A stretch of DNA of 55,639 bases, counting the filler, from Porpidia crustulata (taxonomy: Eukaryota): assembly GCA_964255105.1 (NCBI GenBank). It is 4 parts of 4 records of this genome, joined end to end, with 100 filler letters (N's around TTAATTAATTAA, not from the genome) between each part and the next. Parts side by side here need not be neighbours in the genome. Positions count along the whole stretch, not along the records: positions 41,827 to 55,639 come from CAXUWE010000411.1; 3 more parts are not named here. One strand, given 5' to 3'. Under the pieces are notes generated by a model, which saw only the letters and a list, made by a program, of their open reading frames with translations, made no database searches and was not told the origin of the DNA. Positions 48,352 to 55,639 of the stretch are shown piece by piece. Both the position numbers and the translations under genes were made by a program. Position 1 is the first letter of the stretch, and each line of letters begins with the position of its first letter.

Positions 48352-48858
48352 GACGCACAGCGCTGCATCCACGGACCAAGCAATTTGATTGATGACAAAG
48401 GTACGATATTATATGAGCCCATTACAGATTCAAGGTTGTACGACTTCGTCGACAAAATTAGGCGCGCGCACTGATATGAATCCCCCTTTTTTCTCGGAGA
48501 TGCTGGAGTCTAAAGCAATGCAACTTTTCCATTTCCTTGGTCTTCGGCTAACTAAGCACTAGTATACAGAGGTTAAAAGACCAGAGCTAGGAGCACGCCA
48601 GCAAGAAGAGAAATTCGTAAAGGTGGTAATACATGCACGGAATCCCGAGTGCAGCTGCCAAGATAAAGCCTCTAGAACCCCCCGAGAAGGAAACAAGGAC
48701 GCTCTAAATGCCACATCGAACTATCACTATGCTAGCCACCACCTTGCAGAACAAGGAAATAGCCTCCAAAATCCGTCACATGTCGGTCCGGGAATCTGAT
48801 AGGCACAAGAGCTAGAAAATCCGCCGAGTACATCGACACGAAATCTCCGAAGTGCAGA

Positions 48859-50106
48859 TTAAGCTGCAGTTGCGGGAGGATCATTGGCTTGAATAACTCC
48901 GTTCTCCGTCAGGGGCGCTGTTCCTGCTGCCTCAGGATCGACGTCCTCTTTGCCAGGGCTATCAATCGCGACTTTCACAGCAATCTCGCGGCCTTCGATT
49001 TCTTTACCGTTCATTTCACTGACAGCCTTTTGTTGGAGTTCCTCAGAGCCAAGGGAGACAAAGCCAAACCCACGACCTTTACGAGGCTCATTGCGAGCTT
49101 GGAGCTTCTTGACCATGAAACGCGGAATGGGACGAAGTGCAATTTTAGCAGCAGTAGGGCTGTAGGCTTCAAACAATTCCTTGAGCTAGTCGAAAGGTAA
49201 GCAGATTTCATATAATCTACAAGGTGTGGGGTCATACCTTGTCTTCACTGAGATCGTATGGGAGATTTGCAACCATGACCTTGTTCTTGGATGGGATACC
49301 ATCTTCAGGTGGTCCACGCTGCTTTGGCTGTCTAGGAGTACGTGGCTTGCTCTCAGCGGTGGGTGCCTCGGCCGCGTGCTCGGCGGAAGTTGCTTCATTG
49401 GTAGCCTCAGTCAGAGGTAGAACTTGGCTAGGTGCATTGGGTGGGCCATCGGCGTTGTTCTGGCGCTGCCAGTAAGCTCCGGTCAGCTACGGGTATTGAT
49501 GCAGGATATCAAAGATAGGAAACTTACGCTTCGGCCACCACGTCCCGAGCGAGCGCCGCGACCACGTCCGCGACCACGACCGCGTCCGGAGTTTCTCCTC
49601 CTCCCTCCTTCGCCCCCACTAACACCTTCCCCGCCACTAGTAGCTGCCTCTGCCTTCTCTGCTGCCGTCTCAGGCTTACGAGCCAGCTGCACCGACACTT
49701 TGCGCTCGAGAATCTCTTTACCTGACAGCTCGTTGATCGCACGTTCAGCCTCGGGTGCTGTAGATAAATCTACGAAAGCGTAACCGACAGGACGAGTGGT
49801 ACGGGGATTGGTGGGAATTGACGTGGTCTCCCTAAGACAGCATTAGAAATACATTTCTATACTACAGAGGATTGGTATGAGTTACACAGAGTATCCAGTG
49901 AAGAAGTCTTTGAGATCCCCCTCAGTGGTCGCGTACGCGAGGTTCCCAATGTAGAGACGACGCCCTTCAGCTGCACTGGCAATGACAGCTTCATTTTCAG
50001 AGGCGTTGACAGTCTCACCACCTGCGACGTTGTTGGCGCCAGTGGGTGCAGATGTACCAATGCTGGTGTTGGCCAAAGCCTCAGTAACACCCTCGATAGC
50101 TGACAT
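48859..50106 (-). CDS. Two-RRM RNA-binding (RNP domain) protein with RGG-like linker
   Basis: RRLYIGNLAY, RPVGYAFVD, GRGRGRGRG linker, KVMVANLPYDL, KGRGFGFVSL...EGREIAVKVA. Confidence 0.88.
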
Positions 50107-50595
50107 TTTGAGCGATGTTTAGGTTGACGTGAGCTTAGCTTTGTCTGATTTTTGGACACAACTGATGCGGTAGAGGGTGATCTTGACGGAGGGGGATTTG
50201 AAAGGGTAGCAAAGGCCCTAGATGGGTGTACTTGAGTCTAGAAGCTTGAAGTTGACGGTTTGTCGATGTTTGTTCGTGGTAGAATAAAAACTTTAGGGGA
50301 TCAGAATTTGCTTAAAGGCAAGCTGTATCGTATGCGGGCGCTAAAATAGGCGATGATACCCAACGGCTTCACTGCCCTTCCCAGCTGCGGATTGTAACGT
50401 AGGGTAAACACCTAATCTGTATTGATACCCAATCACGGCTCACGCACAATAGCCCAGGAAGTCACGCTTACGGATGGGTCCTGAGGATTCACCCAAATTT
50501 GAATTTCACTTGGCTTTTGCATCTGATGAATTCTTATTGGAAGGTGCCATCATTGTGTGTTTCTATCCATCTAAGTAGGCAGGCTCTGGGCCTTA

Positions 50596-53496
50596 TCAAT
50601 ATCCTCTCAGTTCCTTCAATAGCGCTTGCTCTCTTTGGCCGACGACTCTCTCAAATCGGTCGGCATTCATGACGAAGGTCCCTCGTCCCCCTGTCAAGCT
50701 TCTGAGATGATTCAAGTATCCTACCATCTCTTTGAGAGGTACTCTGGCCGTAATGCTCCGATGTCTTGAACCGTAGTCCATCTCACCATGCTCCTTGGTT
50801 TCGCCAGATTGCGGCGCAGCGAAAGGGTCAGGAGGTATGTACACCTTACGCATATCAATCATTGGAATATCATTTCGAGTCGCATTTCCGCCGCCAGCTG
50901 GTAGCACGTCGGCATCGTCAACGGAGATGACATGGCCACCACGTGACGAAGAAATATCATTCACGACCGCGCCAAGGCTGGCTTCATCAGTACTGACCGT
51001 GACGTTCATGACGAGTTCCATCAGAGCAGAACCTCCCTCCGTCATAGATTTCTTGATTGCCTCTTTCGTAGCAAAGCGTGCCGCCGCTTGGATTGTGGCT
51101 GGTGTGGTTTCATTGCCAAAAATCTGAGTTCTAGGGTTGATGGTAAGTGAAACACGGGTATTTATGAGAGGAAACCCGTGGACAATGCCACGACCAAGTG
51201 CGGCCAGTGCTCCGTTCCTCAGAGCCGTATGAACTAGCGGAAGTGGCAGGTGCGATGGTAATTCACCATTCCAGGATGTATTTGCAGTGTTTGTGTTATC
51301 GATAGCGTTGATGGTGGTTGTGATTTGGTTGTTGTTATCAACGGTCACACTCGTGAAATCATCCCAATTTGTGTTAGGACCGTTGTCTTCGCCCCAAGGA
51401 CCAATTATAACAGTGCAGCTAGCTTTGCCCTTCTTCCCTGCAGTCTCCTGATCAAAGGTGTAGAGCTGGGGCAAAGACGGCAATAGAACAGACTCCCGAT
51501 ACGCAATTTCTATCTTACCCATGGATGCCTTTGCTTTGAAATCCCGAGTTAATCGGTCTTTCGCAATCTCCAAGTGGAATTCGCCCATACCACTCAGAAG
51601 GGTTTGACCGGAATCCTCGTCGGTGTTAAGCTGTAAGCTTGGGTCTTCCCTGACAAGTAAAGCTAGCGCATTGGAAACTGCTCTCTCTTCGCCTGAGCTT
51701 TGAGACTCGATGCTCGAGAAGAAGACGGCTGGAGGAACTTCAATTGGTCGAAGCTGCAGGCTGTTTAGTGGAGCCGGAGGCCCATTTTTGGGATTCATGC
51801 CTTTGTAGCATACAAGCGTATCCCCAGTCCTCGCATACTTCAAACCTGGAATAGCACCGATCTGGCCTGCAGGTATTTCTGATACCTCAGTTGAGTCTGA
51901 AGCGTACATCTTGAGAAGTCGAGATGCTTTTTCAGATCGCTGAAGGTTCGTATTAAATAACAAGGTGTTCCGCTGGATTGTGCCTGAATAGACCCTTACA
52001 TAGACTAAGGCGCCGCGTTGAGCATCATGAACAACTTTGAAGGCCAGGGCGCAAGCTTCGATGAATTTTATGACAGCAGTACTAATCTTGCGAGGGGACA
52101 TCAGCTGTTTTTTCGACTTTGATGACAGTCCGGCTTGTTCCACGAGAAGTTTGCCGGCCAGCAATTCTGCGAGACTGCCATTCAGTTCGCCAACGCTGAC
52201 TTCCGGATCTCTAGCTTCGCTAGGATTAGGTAATAGGTTGATGACAGCGTCAAGTAATGGCTGGACTCCTATATTCCTAAAGCTGGCCCCGGCAAACACA
52301 GGAACAACGTTAGTTGCAATGTCTAGCACACACCGCCTGAGACTAGCATTTACATCTTTTGCCAAAACGGCTAAGTGGTTCTCATTGCAATCAAGGTATC
52401 TCTCTACCATAGTATCGTCGTGTTCGCCGAGTAGCTCGATCAATGCCACTCTGGCTTTTTTGATCTCTTGTCCAAATTTTGTATCCCTAGGGGGAAGATC
52501 GTCGAGGTCAATGGCTTCTATGAACTTACCATCTCCATCATCTGCCCATCGACAGGCCTTGAGACCGATTACGTCCCCAACACCTATGAAGCGACCTTTG
52601 CCGCCCTCCCACCAAGGTATCTGGCAAACGGCAGGCCAACAAAACAAGCGTGACGCGATTTCTTGCACAGTCTTTCCAAAGGCCGCTCCATCTCGGTCCA
52701 GCTTATTAACATAAATGATTTTGGGAATATGATAAGTAGCTGCTTGATACCAGACCTTTTCGGTCTGAGCTTCCACACCTGCTACACCGTCAAGAATACA
52801 TATAGCTCCATCAAGGATACGGAGTGATCGTAAGACCTCAAATGTGAAGTCTGCATGTCCAGGAGTATCAATTAGGTTGATAGTATGAGGTAGATGAGGT
52901 TCTTGGACCTGGGAGGGCACCCCTGCCTTATGTAAACGCCTCATGTCATGGCCTTCCTGCGGCAACGTAGGCCAGTGGAAAGTAATAGCAGCAGATTGAA
53001 TGGTAACACCTCGAGCTCTCTCGGCAGGTAGGAAGTCTGTTACTGTGGAGCCATCGTCTACGTCTAAGATACAAATTAGCCGGTTCATAAAAAGAAGAAT
53101 AGCTAATACTCCATTGTGAAACAAATATTAATGTAAATGATCGAAGTTCACTCAAAATAACAGCATAATAATAACATGATATGCAAACATTGAAGACTTT
53201 ACATACTTCCTATACGATGAGTGTGTCCACTGTAGTAAAGCATACGCTCAGTTGTAGTGGTTTTTCCCTAGCATGTTGTGAGCTCTGTGTTTAAAAAGGT
53301 GAGATTCAAAGCTTACTGCATCGATGTGGGCAATGATTCCTATGTTCCTAGTCTTTTCGATCGATAATTGGATATCTCCAACAGACTTCTCTGTTCTTTG
53401 GAGAGAAGAGCTGAAGGAATGTCTCCATTGAAATGAGAATAACGCTTTCTTGTATGATCTACACCAGACGCGACCTGCCACTGGTCCATACTGCAT
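50596..53496 (-). CDS. MEF2: Mitochondrial elongation factor G2 / ribosome-releasing factor 2
   Basis: Presequence-like N-terminus, RNIGIIAHIDA|GKTTTTERML, VDDGSTVTDFLPAERARGVTIQSAA, DTPGHADF, NKLD, EDPSL, SGMGEFHLEI, LRSLTGGRGTF. Confidence 0.93.
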
Positions 53497-53843
53497 CTAC
53501 AAGAGATCTGTCCCACAAAGAGTTTTCGACGACCCCGGAATTGTCCTGTAAGAGACTTGCACGACTTGTCTGTCTAGGGCCCTTCGGAGTAATTCCGCGT
53601 GATGCGGCGGTGCCACATCTACAAGCCTTGGTATCAATGTTTTCTACCAGATTGATTATTGCAAAGTTATAAGGCCCTCTACGATGTCGATTCAATCATT
53701 CCCTGAAATCACCGATAGGCTAGGCTGAGAAATATTGAACACACAGAACGGTCAAAGTTGAGCGCAATTGCTATAATCAGCATTCAGTCGAGGCATAGCA
53801 TCCTCAATCCCAGCGGCCATTTTTTGCGATCAACACTCCGAAC

Positions 53844-55639
53844 ATGGACTACTCCTCGCTACCAAATGACCCAGATTTGCCAGCTGGTACATCTCCCTGG
53901 CAGTCTTCCCCACAACGTCCAACTAGACGAAGTGACAGTACGTCCGAAGCGGGCAGCGTGCCCTCGTCGCCACTTGTAAGGCATTCACCCTACCGGCCTG
54001 AGCCTCAATTGCAGAGCGATAGTACAGATGACCAGGAAACGCTTGCAGGCGGAGTAAGAGCCCTCGGATCAGAAAGAGAACGAGACCTATCCGCTCCGGC
54101 ACAAAATGGAAGCGCAGAAGAGACGCCTGAGGGTGAGCCAAGTTTAAGAACGAATGAGCAAGATTTTCAAGAACGGCAGCGGTATTCGCAAGTAAGGCAT
54201 GATCGTCAGCCGCAACAACAGCAGCAGCAGCAACAACAACAGAGAGCTACAGGTCCAAATAGATATCACCCTGGCGCCCGTTCAACCGCAAGGCAAGGTT
54301 TACCACAATACAAGCTGCAGGCAAAGGTTACTGGTCTAGAGAGGACGGGAAGAAAAGATCCGGCTGTAAGATTTGACGTACACGTGAGTTCAACGTTCCA
54401 TGCCAGTGGTTGTGGCCTTTGACGCAGTACCTAGACAAACCTCCCCAAGTTTCGCACCACGCAGTTTAGAGATGTCAAGCGTACACATTCCGAATTTGCC
54501 AAGCTCGCCGATCACTTGATATCGTCAAATCCTGAAGCTTTCGTACCTGCGGTACCTCCACCGTTGACTTCTGCTGGAGCAGGAACAGACGAAGATGAAG
54601 CTCGGGTAAAGGGATCTCTACAAAGATGGCTTAACTATGTCTGTGGAAATGATGTTCTGATGCGAGACGATGAGATGGTTTTCTTCGTAGAAAGTGACTC
54701 TGGCTACAGTCCAGTGATCAGGATGAAGCAGCCTGCTACAGGAGTCCGGAGAAGAGTCATTAAGCAGTTCGCCCCACCGCCGGATGACACACCTGAGCTA
54801 CATGAGGCTAGACCTACTGTCAAGCTCTTTTACTTGGGTACAATGGAAGCGGGACAAAAAGTTGATAGAGTAGTCAAAGCTCGACGAGGTAAAAGCGCCA
54901 CTGACGGTCATTTTATAATGATTTAGACTAATGTTCATCAAGGGCTTGGACTAGCAGAATCAGACCTTGGCGTTAAATTGGGCGCAATGCACGTACAAGA
55001 AACCCACCCTGGCCTGGCATCCGCCTACCGCAAACTTGGAAAAATCATTCAAACTGCCGGCGACTACCACGCCGCACAAGGCACCGCAGAAGCGACGACT
55101 CTCGGCGATCCACTCAACTATCACTCTTCGGACGCCTTCATTGTCAAAGAAACCCTCACAAACCGGCACATCCTCCTCCGCGACTACCTCTCAGCCCAAC
55201 AAGCCACCCGTTCCAAACTCTCCGCCGCGGATCGCCTCAAGGCCAGCAGCTCCGTGCGCCGAGAAAAGGTTGACGAGGCTATCAGCGCCCTCGATGAGGC
55301 TCGTAGTCACGAAGTCTACCTTGCCCAAAAAACACAACGCGTGACGGCAAACCTCCTTCACGAAAAGCGCCGTTGGTTCGCCCGCACCGCCGCCGATCTC
55401 CGCGTGAGCATCCGCGAGTACGTCCTACGCGAAATCGAAGCCGAGCGCCGTACCCTCGCTACCCTCGAGTCTGTCCGCCCGGACGTCCGCGCCATCGATG
55501 CCTCCGGTGGCCTCTCCCGCCTCGGACGCGAAGCCCACCCGCCAATCCGACGTTCCAGCATGGCTGCCAGCCAAGGCCCGAAGGGCGACGCGTGGAGCGG
55601 AGTTCCCAGGAGAGCTGACGCGCTGGAGAGGAGCGTGGG
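53844..55639 (+). CDS. VPS17: Retromer PX-BAR subunit Vps17, 3' end runs off the window
   Basis: YKLQAKVTGLERTGRKDP..RFDVH|TNLPKFRTTQFRDVKRTHSEF, GYSP...PATGVRR, FAPPPDD, VKETLTNRHILLR, IDASGGLSRLGR, SQGPKGDAWSG. Confidence 0.92.
54213..54242 (+). repeat. CAA/CAG microsatellite encoding Q10 in Vps17
   Basis: caacaacagcagcagcagcaacaacaacag, in frame in ORF 53844..54422. Confidence 0.85.

Overview
Fungal (Pezizomycotina-type ascomycete) genomic DNA with short GT-AG introns. The window is not one locus. Three identical 100-nt spacers (N44-TTAATTAATTAA-N44) separate four segments of 13867, 13839, 13820 and 13813 nt, which look like unlinked contigs concatenated by size. Segment 1 is housekeeping: BAR-PH-ArfGAP, proteasome beta3, U2B''/U1A, Atg10-like, a large disordered protein and proteasome alpha7. 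Segment 2 holds the best candidate for something new: a compact, apparently intact cluster of a cytochrome P450, a DMATS-type aromatic prenyltransferase and an MIO-dependent aromatic amino-acid ammonia-lyase, with no PKS/NRPS/terpene cyclase on the contig. The lyase and the P450 both have non-canonical active-site residues, suggesting a prenylated phenylpropanoid pathway. Segment 3 has RPL4, two tandem decaying DUF3433-like membrane-protein genes, and an AA11 LPMO whose promoter carries a dense array of HMG-box-like ATTGT sites. Segment 4 has a damaged F-box-like gene, a 180-bp MITE, then TAH18, GCS1, a two-RRM protein, MEF2 and VPS17. All calls come from manual translation and recalled family motifs; no database searches were run.
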